Shown here one piece after another: positions 31,946 to 40,546 of a stretch of 44,903 bases of DNA. The stretch covers positions 1 through 44,903 of the forward strand of contig JAZDOB010000031.1 in assembly GCA_043799105.1 (NCBI GenBank), given 5' to 3'. Numbering within the stretch: the first letter of the stretch is position 1; each line of letters opens with the position of its first letter. Origin of the DNA: Candidatus Zambryskiibacteriota bacterium. GTDB taxonomy: Bacteria; Patescibacteriota; Minisyncoccia; Phycocordibacterales; WO2-35-19. Made by a program: the position numbers and the translations under genes. Below the pieces are notes generated by a model. That model was given only the letters and a program-made list of their open reading frames with translations. It had not been told where the DNA came from and searched no databases.

Positions 31946-32959
31946 TTATTCAAAACTCATTGTTAAACTATTATCCGCTTGTTGCAGAATGCGGTTGGTG
32001 TTTTCCATTCGCAAAGAGATGACGGACCTGCCGGTGGTTTTGTCTTCCGGTCTTCTGAAAACTGCAGTCCTAGAACCGGATAATCCCGGAATCGTTTGGC
32101 CGTTTAATGTCCATTCGTATTGTAAACCGCCGCCGCTCTCCTTGGTGAAAAAGTACGGAGCCGCCAAGATCTGAACTTCTTCTGTTTTCAAATTGAAAAT
32201 ATTGGCGATAGCCGACTCGAAAATATGGCCGTAATAGGGATTATTCTCGTAAAAAACTATTTCAGGATCAATCGTCGGAACATCTATAAAACCCTGAGCA
32301 ACCAAATTATTGATTGGGTCGGATATCAAGACCTGCAGGTTTTCACTTCTGCCAAATAATGACCCGTTTAGAACGAGTACATTTTTGCCGTAACCGGACT
32401 GGTCCTGGTATGATTCGGCATCGTTTGACCACTTGTAAACCAGATTTTCCGATGGCACTCTCCTGCCATTTTTGACAAACTCGGGCATGGCCACAATTTT
32501 CAGGACACCCTGTCTTGGGTGCAGAGCTTTGCCCCTATAGAAAGGCGGAACATACGAATTGGCTTCCCAAACCATATCAACACTGGCGGGAGTCAGTGAG
32601 AAGTTTTTTGAAAAAGAGACGCCATTTATAAGTTTGATGTTTACCTTTATATCCGTTTCTTTCCCGATGGGACCGGCATTGAATGAATATTTTATTTCTC
32701 CCTTACCGCTTAAGACCGTTTCGCCGTCTTTAGACCAAGTGATATCAGCCGAACTCAAGTCGCCAGTGTAAAGCTCAAGGTTTAAAAAAACCATCTCGTT
32801 AGGCCTCGGGTAATTGGGAATGATACCAACCCCGAGCTCATTGGAAAGAGCGTAGGGTATATCGATATTCAGACCGCCCATCTGAGCGCCGGAGACCGTC
32901 GGCAAAACTATCAAACAAACACCCGCCACCGCCAGAATTTTTATAAACTTGTTTGGCAT
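31946..32959 (-). CDS. hypothetical secreted protein
   Basis: 337 aa with signal peptide (ILAVAGVCLIVLPTVSGAQ). No family recognised. Confidence 0.55.
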   Translation of the reverse strand: MPNKFIKILAVAGVCLIVLPTVSGAQMGGLNIDIPYALSNELGVGIIPNYPRPNEMVFLNLELYTGDLSSADITWSKDGETVLSGKGEIKYSFNAGPIGKETDIKVNIKLINGVSFSKNFSLTPASVDMVWEANSYVPPFYRGKALHPRQGVLKIVAMPEFVKNGRRVPSENLVYKWSNDAESYQDQSGYGKNVLVLNGSLFGRSENLQVLISDPINNLVAQGFIDVPTIDPEIVFYENNPYYGHIFESAIANIFNLKTEEVQILAAPYFFTKESGGGLQYEWTLNGQTIPGLSGSRTAVFRRPEDKTTGRSVISLRMENTNRILQQADNSLTMSFE

Positions 32960-32991
32960 TTTTTATATTATATCATTTATCCTGTTTATTG

Positions 32992-33020
32992 TTCACCCGT
33001 TGTTGATAATGTTGTATACT
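32992..33020 (+). promoter_or_regulatory. candidate promoter of the rightward genes, upstream of TIR copy D
   Basis: TTCACC (32992-32997), 17-nt spacer, TATACT (33015-33020). An ATGAAT copy follows 7 nt downstream at 33028. Confidence 0.4.
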
Positions 33021-33031
33021 TGAATATATGA

Positions 33032-33139
33032 ATCCCGTTAGAAATCACGAAGATTAAAATCATGACAAACACAATTAGCAGATTAAATAAAATAGAAGAA
33101 AGCGCACTAGAGTGTGTAATCTTCTATTTCTAACGGGAT
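33032..33139 (+). repeat. TIR element copy D (108 bp, type 1)
   Basis: atcccgttagaaat (33032-33045) / atttctaacgggat (33126-33139). The last AT is the start of ATG 33138. Confidence 0.85.
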
Positions 33140-33413
33140 GAATTTAATGAATTTTGTTTCTCCCGGACTTATTTTTACTGTCCTTGCTCTGCTTGTCGTC
33201 TTTGGGTACTGGATATTCAATTTTATAATTCTTTACCATTTGCTTCGTTTTGGCATTGGTGTCCAGCCCAAAAAATTTGCCGCCGTTTTTCTACTGGGCT
33301 CCATCCTTCTCTTCTCTGTGAACGTTATGTTTTTTGCAAATATTAATTTAGATGATCTAAAAAACTTAAATGAAATCCCGTTAGAAATACCATTATTTAC
33401 TCTTAATGCTTAA
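33138..33413 (+). CDS. small membrane protein
   Basis: 91 aa with two hydrophobic helices. The last 13 codons and the stop lie inside TIR copy E. Confidence 0.5.
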   Translation: MNLMNFVSPGLIFTVLALLVVFGYWIFNFIILYHLLRFGIGVQPKKFAAVFLLGSILLFSVNVMFFANINLDDLKNLNEIPLEIPLFTLNA

Positions 33414-33454
33414 ATTAATCAACAAATATTTAATACTTAAATTTCTAACGGGAT
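33375..33454 (+). repeat. TIR element copy E (80 bp, type 2)
   Basis: atcccgttagaaat (33375-33388) / atttctaacgggat (33441-33454). The last AT is the start of ATG 33453. Confidence 0.85.
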
Positions 33455-34001
33455 GAAATCGTTCCTATCAATTTTTACAGCATCAAGTAATTCCTTTGAG
33501 GGCGAGGAAAATGGAGAAAAAGTCGTTTTACTTCTTCGCCGCCACCCCTTTTTTATTCTTGTCCGCATGTTCCTTTTCTTGTTTTTAGCTTTAATACCGA
33601 TAGCCGTTGGCATCGTGTTCCCCCTTTTCCTTTACTCACACAACCTTCTGGCCGCATTCCTTTTTCTTTCCGGTGTCTGGTATGTTTTTATATGGTCAAG
33701 CATTTTTTATGCTCTCACTATGTATACTCTGGACGTTTGGATCGTCACAGATCGCAGGATTATAGACAGCACGCAGAACGGATTTTTCAATCGGACAATT
33801 TCCGAGTTGCATTTAACCAGAATTCAGGATATTTCCGTCCAAACCAAGGGTGTTATTCAAACATTTTTCAAATTTGGCGATTTGCAGATACAAACCGCCG
33901 GCGCCGAAGAAAAATTTAAGTTCTCCCAGATTCCTCATCCGGTAAAAGTAAAGGACGAAATAATGAAATTAGCTTCTGCTCACTCGTCTCCCCATTTATA
34001 A
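33453..34001 (+). CDS. membrane protein with bacterial PH (YdbT/DUF304-like) domain
   Basis: Two TM helices, then WIVTDRRIIDSTQNGFFNRTISELHLTRIQDISVQTKGVIQTFFKFGDLQIQTAG, typical of bPH_2 domains. Confidence 0.6.
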   Translation: MKSFLSIFTASSNSFEGEENGEKVVLLLRRHPFFILVRMFLFLFLALIPIAVGIVFPLFLYSHNLLAAFLFLSGVWYVFIWSSIFYALTMYTLDVWIVTDRRIIDSTQNGFFNRTISELHLTRIQDISVQTKGVIQTFFKFGDLQIQTAGAEEKFKFSQIPHPVKVKDEIMKLASAHSSPHL

Positions 34002-34439
34002 TTTTGTTTTTCCTTGGGCTACACTTGCCACTTTTCCCAGAAGACCGCCCTTGTCTTCGGCTTTTGTCATAAAAACGACTGCGGTTATGCCCGCCGTAAA
34101 GCCCGGCAGAAAACTGAAAAGAAATTCCAATACCGCAGAACCCCCCATCACCCCTAATTTCTTAGGACTTTTGGTAAAAGAAACTCCCAACACCATAAAC
34201 CAAACCCAAAAAGTGAAATAAGCTATTGCTGATATAATTGGCCCCATCACTATCCCCACAACAAGGACTGTCAAAAGAGCCTGCGCGCCGTCAACACATA
34301 AAGCCACAATTATCATACATACCGCCATCCACGTTTTTATCCTTTCTTTTTTTTCCGCCGGTTTCTGAATGATTGTTTTAACGGGTCTTCGCAGGGGCGC
34401 TCTTGGTGTCGCTTGATTTTGTTGGGCGTTCTCATCCAT
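33996..34439 (-). CDS. polytopic small membrane protein (T4SS-like locus)
   Basis: 147 aa with a basic N-terminus and three or four hydrophobic helices. Confidence 0.5.
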   Translation of the reverse strand: MDENAQQNQATPRAPLRRPVKTIIQKPAEKKERIKTWMAVCMIIVALCVDGAQALLTVLVVGIVMGPIISAIAYFTFWVWFMVLGVSFTKSPKKLGVMGGSAVLEFLFSFLPGFTAGITAVVFMTKAEDKGGLLGKVASVAQGKTKL

Positions 34440-34464
34440 AAAAATATTATATCATAGCCATAAA

Positions 34465-34552
34465 GACCCCACCCCATCCGTCTTACGACGTCTTGCCCCT
34501 CACCTTGACAAGGTGAGGGGCGGCATACCGAGAGGGTATGCGGGGTGGGGTC
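34465..34552. repeat. GC-rich nested palindrome inside the T4SS-like operon
   Basis: Outer arms gaccccacccc(a)/(c)ggggtggggtc; inner hairpins cccctcacc-ttgacaa-ggtgagggg and catacc-gagag-ggtatg. Lies between the virB4-like stop and the next ORF start. Confidence 0.7.
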
Positions 34553-34553
34553 G

Positions 34554-36362
34554 TTATTTCCCCTCCAAATCCTTTCTCTGTTTTTTGATGGCCAAGACTT
34601 GAGAAGGGTCGGTGGTTATGATTTGCTCTTCGGTGTAAGAGGCGATTATTTTGATAGCCACGTGTTTGAGGCCGGCAAAAAAGATGCCCTCCCCCACTCC
34701 CGATTCCAAGAGCAGATATTTTTCTTCATCGGTTAAATTGAAAACCTGCTTCAGTCTGTCCATAACCGTGGCTGACTGCTTAAGCAAAATTTGAATAGAA
34801 GAGTTTGTAACTATGGGCATACCGTATGGAGATTTCAAAAAGTCGTCTACGTCCTGGGTGATGGTTGCCAACCCCAGATAATATTTGCGGCCTCTTTTAG
34901 CCAAAGAAAGCAGGAAGGAGGCGGTGTCCTCGGACTTCATCATCCACCACGCCTCGTCAATCACCAAAAGTCTTTTCTTCAATTCCCGTCTGATGGAGTT
35001 CCATATATAGTGGGTAACAATGTACATAGCAACCGGCTTAAGTTCATCCTCCATGTCCCTGATGGAGAAGACTATAAATTTTTTGTTTATGTCAATGTTT
35101 GAAGGCCGGTTTATAAAATTTGACCAAGAACCTCTGGTGTATTTGGACAATCTCTGGGCCAAGGATTCTCCCCCCTCCATACCGCCGAGCACCATTTCAA
35201 AATCGGACAGGAGTGGCGGTTCCACGTTTTTAAAGTCAGAGTCGGGGGTGATATCTTTCAGGGCGTAAGTTTCGGTTATGGCTCTATCAATGATAGCGTC
35301 TTCTTCGGCCGTGAGCCCGCCCATCATTATTCGAAAGAGACCGACCAAATTCAGTATTTGTGATCTGAGGACGCTTGCCGAAGATTCGTCTTCTCCCGGT
35401 ATAGGAAGTTCAAAAGGGTTTATGTGATGATCGGAGTTTAAGGAAATGCCGAAATATCTCCCCCCCACCGCCTCGGCCATATATTGGTATTCGTTTTCAG
35501 GGTCTATGACTATAACTTCTGTGTCAAACATAAGAGTTCTCAAAATCTCGAGTTTTACGGCGAAAGATTTACCGGAGCCGGATTTGGCAAAAGTAACCGA
35601 GTTGTAGTTTTCCAAAGAAAATCTGTCAAAAAGCACCAGAGATGAATTGTGGCGGTTGATGCCGTACAGAATACCCTTGTCGGAAGTAAGGTCAAAAGAA
35701 ATGAATGGGAAAATGGACGAAAGTGGTGAAGAATTTATTTTGGAATGAACAAGGAGCCCGTCCTCGGCTATGGGCAAAACGCTTTTGAAACCCTGCTCTT
35801 GTTGGAAAAGAGCCGGTTTTACATAGACCATTTTGGATTCAAGAATAGATTTTATTTCAGATTCTGCTTTGTCCAGCTCATCACTGCTTCCGGCATAAAT
35901 CGAAATATACAAACCGACCTCAAACATTTTTTCCTGCGCCTGCTGGAGCTGGTCGCGCAAGTTTTCCAAATCTTGATAAGCGGTATCAAGCAGGGGGTCG
36001 CGCACCAGACCCTTTTCCTCTCTGGTTCTGATCTGGCTCTGGACTTCGGCAACCTTTTTTTGGAAGTTTCTCAAAATTTTGGCGGTTTCCAGGGGGTGAA
36101 CAAAAATGGAGACATCAAACATTTTGTCCATATTAATAATCGGCGAAAACCAGTCTTCTGACAAAAATCTCGGATAGGAAATAACGAAAAAGCTTCTAAC
36201 CACTTTTTCTCCCAGGTTCAGTTCTTTCGCGTTTACTTTAAGAGCGCTTGGCGCCAAGATATCACGTAATTCCAACTCTACCCCTTCGGCTACAGACTTT
36301 GGTAAAACCGAAATGGATGTAAGACTCTCTTCTTTTTTCTTTTTTTTCAAAAAATCAAACAT
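34554..36362 (-). CDS. VirB4/TraE-family T4SS ATPase (C-terminal 3/4)
   Basis: Walker A KSGSGKSFAVK, Walker B LLVIDEAWWMM. N-terminal ILAPSALKV...VVRSFFVISYPRFL motif typical of Gram-positive-type VirB4. Confidence 0.8.
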   Translation of the reverse strand: MFDFLKKKKKEESLTSISVLPKSVAEGVELELRDILAPSALKVNAKELNLGEKVVRSFFVISYPRFLSEDWFSPIINMDKMFDVSIFVHPLETAKILRNFQKKVAEVQSQIRTREEKGLVRDPLLDTAYQDLENLRDQLQQAQEKMFEVGLYISIYAGSSDELDKAESEIKSILESKMVYVKPALFQQEQGFKSVLPIAEDGLLVHSKINSSPLSSIFPFISFDLTSDKGILYGINRHNSSLVLFDRFSLENYNSVTFAKSGSGKSFAVKLEILRTLMFDTEVIVIDPENEYQYMAEAVGGRYFGISLNSDHHINPFELPIPGEDESSASVLRSQILNLVGLFRIMMGGLTAEEDAIIDRAITETYALKDITPDSDFKNVEPPLLSDFEMVLGGMEGGESLAQRLSKYTRGSWSNFINRPSNIDINKKFIVFSIRDMEDELKPVAMYIVTHYIWNSIRRELKKRLLVIDEAWWMMKSEDTASFLLSLAKRGRKYYLGLATITQDVDDFLKSPYGMPIVTNSSIQILLKQSATVMDRLKQVFNLTDEEKYLLLESGVGEGIFFAGLKHVAIKIIASYTEEQIITTDPSQVLAIKKQRKDLEGK

Positions 36363-36979
36363 TATATCTTGATGGGTTTTTCCGATTCTCCCGGATTAAA
36401 CACTTTATAAAACAATTCTACCACTTCATCGGTGCCGAGCTTGGCCACTCTCACCCCGCAACGTACTAAACCCTGTTCCACTACCGACATTCTCTGTTCC
36501 AACTGATTCTTTTTCTCCTCAAAATCCTCTTCTTTGGCTTGCTGGTCTTTTTTGGCTCCAAGACCGAATGAAAACTTGCCGCCGGACTTGATGATGGCTG
36601 CGTCATACGGGATAACTATAAAAAAGTTTTTAGTCATAATATTGGTGGATTCGGTAAAACTTTTTACGAAAGCTATGTACTGTTCAATCTGGATTTTCAT
36701 CAAATCGTTGGTCTGTTCCTTGTATCTGCCCTCTAAAAGGGCTATATACGGCCTGATGTCAAGTCTTCTGGATTGAATCAAAATCTGCACGGAAAAATCC
36801 AAAGAATTCAAAAAATCTTGAAATTGCAAAAGTATCGCCTGCCTCTCATCATCCGACTTCAGAGCGAAGTTTATGGAAGAGGCCATAAGAATGCCCCTCA
36901 TTCCCCCGTCTTTCATTATAACGATGCCATCATGAACATCGTCTATCGGCACAAATTCTTGAGTTGCATTTTTTGACAT
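36362..36979 (-). CDS. VirB4 N-terminal-domain-like protein (separate ORF)
   Basis: VPIDDVHDGIVIMKDGGMRGILMASSINFALKSDDERQAILLQFQDFLNSL resembles the extreme N-terminus of Gram-positive VirB4 proteins. TAATG stop/start overlap with the ATPase ORF. Confidence 0.5.
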   Translation of the reverse strand: MSKNATQEFVPIDDVHDGIVIMKDGGMRGILMASSINFALKSDDERQAILLQFQDFLNSLDFSVQILIQSRRLDIRPYIALLEGRYKEQTNDLMKIQIEQYIAFVKSFTESTNIMTKNFFIVIPYDAAIIKSGGKFSFGLGAKKDQQAKEEDFEEKKNQLEQRMSVVEQGLVRCGVRVAKLGTDEVVELFYKVFNPGESEKPIKI

Positions 36980-36988
36980 AAATACATT

Positions 36989-37420
36989 TTAGCCCAAATC
37001 TTGGCTCTTAGCCAATGACTCATCTTCTTTTTTCTTTACGTCCAGTTCCCAACTCATATCTTTAAGTTTGTTTCCGGACAAATTTGGCACCACGAGCGAA
37101 CTATATTTTTTTTCTTTCTCCTCCGCCTCGTTTTCTTCCGGCTCTTTCTTTTTCCAGATATATAATTTGTCTTTGACGTAATATCTAAAAGCCGATTCCA
37201 TAATATTTACAAAAGGTCGGTTATTTACTCTGTAAAATGCCAAAGCTGTGGCCAAAACAACAATCGGTGAAGCAAGCAAGAGCCCAAAGAAAATGCCAAA
37301 AAAAGTGGCAGATGCGACAGCGACAGAAGCCCCGCCGGCTAAATAAACGAATTGTTTCAATGTAAAAGGCCCGAATATCTTGTCTTCTACATCTATAAAT
37401 TGTGGTATTTGAAATTTCAT
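36989..37420 (-). CDS. PrgI/VirB3-like membrane protein
   Basis: MKFQIPQFIDVEDKIFGPFTLKQFVYLAGG plus two TM helices, immediately upstream of the virB4-like genes. Confidence 0.6.
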   Translation of the reverse strand: MKFQIPQFIDVEDKIFGPFTLKQFVYLAGGASVAVASATFFGIFFGLLLASPIVVLATALAFYRVNNRPFVNIMESAFRYYVKDKLYIWKKKEPEENEAEEKEKKYSSLVVPNLSGNKLKDMSWELDVKKKEDESLAKSQDLG

Positions 37421-37464
37421 AACACGACACTAATTACGAATTAAAACGAATGACACTAATAAAC

Positions 37465-38037
37465 TCACTCAATTGGTTCACGATATGGATCGGTACCCGG
37501 CACGTAATTATGAATCGCTTTGGGTTTTTCTTCCGCTTGCCCTTCCCCTGTCGGCAGATTATTTGGTGTTTCCTCCCGCCTTCGCTCGTCCACTGCGGGC
37601 TTCGCCACGCCATAGCCGAGCTTCGGCGAGGCGACGGCGGGTTGCATCGCCTTGGCTTGATTTAAAATAATTTGTTCAAAATCTGTGCCGACTTTGTTTG
37701 TGACGTTTTCGGCTTGCTCGGCCATTTGCCACATTGAAGTTATCTCGTCTGAAACTTTGCTGAAAATATTTTTATTAACGTCCTCTGCAATCCACCCAGC
37801 CATATTGTTGTCTATTCCCAATTCTTTTTTTATACTTTCTGCGAAATCAGTTGGCGGTTCAAGACACAGAAGAACAAGAAAAACTTCATTTTCAAATAAA
37901 GCGTATTTCTCTTCATCAAAACTAAATCGTTCGCTTACCCTTTGTGCATCTCCCCTCCATTTTTCGTCCACCATAAAAGCCCTCAATTGCTCGGGTAATA
38001 TTTTTATCCTTTCTTTTATTGTTTCTTTGTAATCCAT
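37465..38037 (-). CDS. hypothetical protein (T4SS-like locus)
   Basis: 190 aa, soluble. The GC-rich 3' third (about 37480-37650) encodes ASPKLGYGVAKPAVDERRRE, possibly another in-frame GC-rich repeat. Confidence 0.5.
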   Translation of the reverse strand: MDYKETIKERIKILPEQLRAFMVDEKWRGDAQRVSERFSFDEEKYALFENEVFLVLLCLEPPTDFAESIKKELGIDNNMAGWIAEDVNKNIFSKVSDEITSMWQMAEQAENVTNKVGTDFEQIILNQAKAMQPAVASPKLGYGVAKPAVDERRREETPNNLPTGEGQAEEKPKAIHNYVPGTDPYREPIE

Positions 38038-38042
38038 ATTGT

Positions 38043-40289
38043 CTACGGGTTAGTTGGGGGCGTCCCTCCTCCGGCCGGTTGTACCGAGGGTGTTGGTGAA
38101 GGGGCAGAAGCTGTTTCGGAAGTTTTCTCTTTTTCGTCTATTTCTTTTTGACTTTCTCTTGCTAAGTCGGCTATTTTTTCTGCCTTGGATTTTTCCCTAG
38201 CTTGCTCTCTGATTCCTCTTGCTGCGGCCTTATAGCCCTGTTTTGGTTGGAAAGGACCAAGCCATCTCGTTCCAAATAGTCCTTTGTCGAGTCTTTCCGC
38301 GTAAGCTCTTTGTCTATCACCACCCGCTTTATTGATTGCTTGTGTCTCTAGAGAATACTCGTCATCGTCAATATCTTTTTTATTCAATTTCTTCTTTGTC
38401 TCAGTTGCCACCCCCCTCTTTTCGTCAGCAACATCTTTTAATCCTTTATAAGCATTATCGTTTTCTTCTATTTCCTTTTCGGCCTCCTTTCTCATCTCTC
38501 TTTCGTTTGCCATTTTTGAAGTTATAGCCTCAAGTTCTTTGTCTATAGTTTCGACACTGGCTTTATCACCCGCTTCTTTGGCCTTTCTTAGTTCCTCTTC
38601 TTTGGCTCTCTTCTCGTTGTTTAATTCGCTCGATCGTTGCGCGTGTGGTTTTAGTTTTTCGTCCATATATTTCTTCCTCTCTTTTTCTGCTTTTTCTGCT
38701 TCCGCTCTTGCATTGGCTTCTTTTGCGGCTCTATCTGCTCTGATGCCCACCCCCTCTCTCTTCTTTCTATTTTCAAACTCTTCCTTCTCCGCACCCGTTT
38801 GTCCATAAACATCTTTGGCATACGCCGCTTTTGCTTTGGCTTTTTCGTCAACAGATTTTTGGAATCCTCCTTTGCCGGTTGCTTTTCCTGCAATGCCCAT
38901 CACTTTCTCGGCTCCAACGGCCTTACCTAATCCTGTGCCAGCTACACCCCTGACATCAAAGCTTCCTTTCTTTCCCTTATCTGCCACCCAAAGTCCAGCT
39001 CTACCGAGGGTAGATTTTGACCACTCTTCTCTTTTCTTTTCAGACACCAAACCAGATACTCTGCCCACGGTATTTCTTGTTGCCCAAGCGGTGCCACCCA
39101 TGGCAACACCACCAATTCCTCCAGAAATAGCCTTAAATGCCCCGCCGGTGGCGCCTTTGGAAGCCATTTGTTTGGAAAGTATAGGAGCGGCGATGGCGAG
39201 ACCAACTATTAGTGTAAAGTTGACAATCAGGGCCATGGCACTCTTCGGATTTGTCGTTATTTGAGAAAAAGTTGCTCCTGCAGGTTTTCCCAACGCTCCA
39301 AGAAGTGAATCGCCTACTTTGAAAACCACCCAAGTGAGGGCAAAATAAAGAGGAGCAAAAAATGATTGGGCAAGCAACGAATCCTTCCAATCCTCAAAGT
39401 GCTTTTTTTGCCCGGGAATAATGAAGGCGATTAAAGCCAGAGGAGAGAGAATCATTAAGAAAATAAGAATAATAAACCGAGCGAGAAACATTATGCCGGC
39501 CATCAAAAGCATAACGGCTGTAATAAGCATAAATACAGAACTCAAAATACCAAAGACCAATATCCCGGGAGCATCCAAATCGCCCGCTCCCAATACGTCA
39601 GTACCATAAAACGTATGCACGCCAAGCATATTTTCGTAACCGGCCGAAATACTCTTAACTTGCGTACCGTCACGTGTAATGGTATTGGAAGATATTGAAT
39701 TATAAAAACCGACAGCCACTATATTTGAGGCGTCAATGACCACTTTTGAAAAAAACAAACTGAAATTTATGAGAAGAGCTACGATGATTATATCTTTTAC
39801 TGTTTTGCCGAAGTTGCCAAAGTTTGTATCAAACATTGCCTTGAATGCGGCGAAGAGAAGAACAAATATAAAACACATATTGGCCACATCCCGTAGTGTT
39901 GCCCACGCTTTGGTGATAGCCCCTCCGACCCCGTTGGGGTCGCCTATATTTGTGGCCATGTTTACTATGCTGAACTCTACTACTTTATCAAATAGCCACC
40001 CGCTAATTCCCATTGTCCAGGACGATATTTTCATTAAAGTTTCAGCAATGCCAGTCGCTAATGCTTTAAATACAAAGTCGCCCGCCTTTTTTAATTGAGC
40101 GTCTGCTGCGACGCCAGCCACTGAAGGATTATTTTGATTTGTTATACAACGAGGAGGAACGGTAATAATATCCCATATACCGCCCGCAGCCCTGCAATCT
40201 GCCTCAGTTGATTGTCCAAACGCGACATAGGGAACTAAAATCCCCGCCAAAACAACAATCAATATTCCGAATGTAAGAAATTTTTTCAT
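38043..40289 (-). CDS. VirB6/TrbL-like polytopic membrane protein with long Lys/Glu/Ala-rich tail
   Basis: Signal peptide, at least 6 hydrophobic helices over aa 130-390, then a ~300-aa charged coiled-coil-like region and a Pro-rich end. Its ATG overlaps the GIY-YIG stop (ATGA). Confidence 0.55.
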   Translation of the reverse strand: MKKFLTFGILIVVLAGILVPYVAFGQSTEADCRAAGGIWDIITVPPRCITNQNNPSVAGVAADAQLKKAGDFVFKALATGIAETLMKISSWTMGISGWLFDKVVEFSIVNMATNIGDPNGVGGAITKAWATLRDVANMCFIFVLLFAAFKAMFDTNFGNFGKTVKDIIIVALLINFSLFFSKVVIDASNIVAVGFYNSISSNTITRDGTQVKSISAGYENMLGVHTFYGTDVLGAGDLDAPGILVFGILSSVFMLITAVMLLMAGIMFLARFIILIFLMILSPLALIAFIIPGQKKHFEDWKDSLLAQSFFAPLYFALTWVVFKVGDSLLGALGKPAGATFSQITTNPKSAMALIVNFTLIVGLAIAAPILSKQMASKGATGGAFKAISGGIGGVAMGGTAWATRNTVGRVSGLVSEKKREEWSKSTLGRAGLWVADKGKKGSFDVRGVAGTGLGKAVGAEKVMGIAGKATGKGGFQKSVDEKAKAKAAYAKDVYGQTGAEKEEFENRKKREGVGIRADRAAKEANARAEAEKAEKERKKYMDEKLKPHAQRSSELNNEKRAKEEELRKAKEAGDKASVETIDKELEAITSKMANEREMRKEAEKEIEENDNAYKGLKDVADEKRGVATETKKKLNKKDIDDDEYSLETQAINKAGGDRQRAYAERLDKGLFGTRWLGPFQPKQGYKAAARGIREQAREKSKAEKIADLARESQKEIDEKEKTSETASAPSPTPSVQPAGGGTPPTNP

Positions 40290-40546
40290 CCCGTTAGAGA
40301 CAGGAAATGTTTCAAACGAGTTTTAAGATATCGTTTGCCCATACCTGATTTTAAATACTTCTCTCTCGACCTCGCATCTCGTTCGTTTAACGAGGCTTCG
40401 TAATATATCAATTCATACGGACTTCGGCTTTTAGTGTAAGTTGATTTACCCTCGTTGTGTTGTTTGAAACGTTTCCGTAGATCAATCGTTGATCCTGTGT
40501 ATAAATAATTATTTTTCATACTTTTAATTACGTAAGTGTAGAACAT
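40286..40546 (-). CDS. small GIY-YIG nuclease-domain protein
   Basis: 86 aa. FYTYVIKS...YLYTGSTIDLRKRFKQHN...YYE...REKYLK matches the GIY-(10)-YTG, R and E/N motifs of the URI/GIY-YIG domain. Confidence 0.8.
   Translation of the reverse strand: MFYTYVIKSMKNNYLYTGSTIDLRKRFKQHNEGKSTYTKSRSPYELIYYEASLNERDARSREKYLKSGMGKRYLKTRLKHFLSLTG

Noticed and set aside
30862-33454. TIR repeats considered as a CRISPR array
   Set aside because: The repeats are inverted rather than direct, the spacing is irregular (50-250 bp and genes in between), two of the 'spacers' are near-identical to each other, and no cas genes are present.
30862-33454. TIR elements considered as integron attC sites (GTTAGAA / TTCTAAC resemble the GTTRRRY / RYYYAAC cores; 80-108 bp size; between ORFs)
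   Set aside because: The core order is the reverse of attC: here GTTAG is on the 5' arm and CTAAC on the 3' arm on either strand. The arms are perfect 14-mers rather than imperfect R/L boxes with extrahelical bases. There is no intI or attI, the flanking genes are on both strands, and they include core genes such as tsaE.
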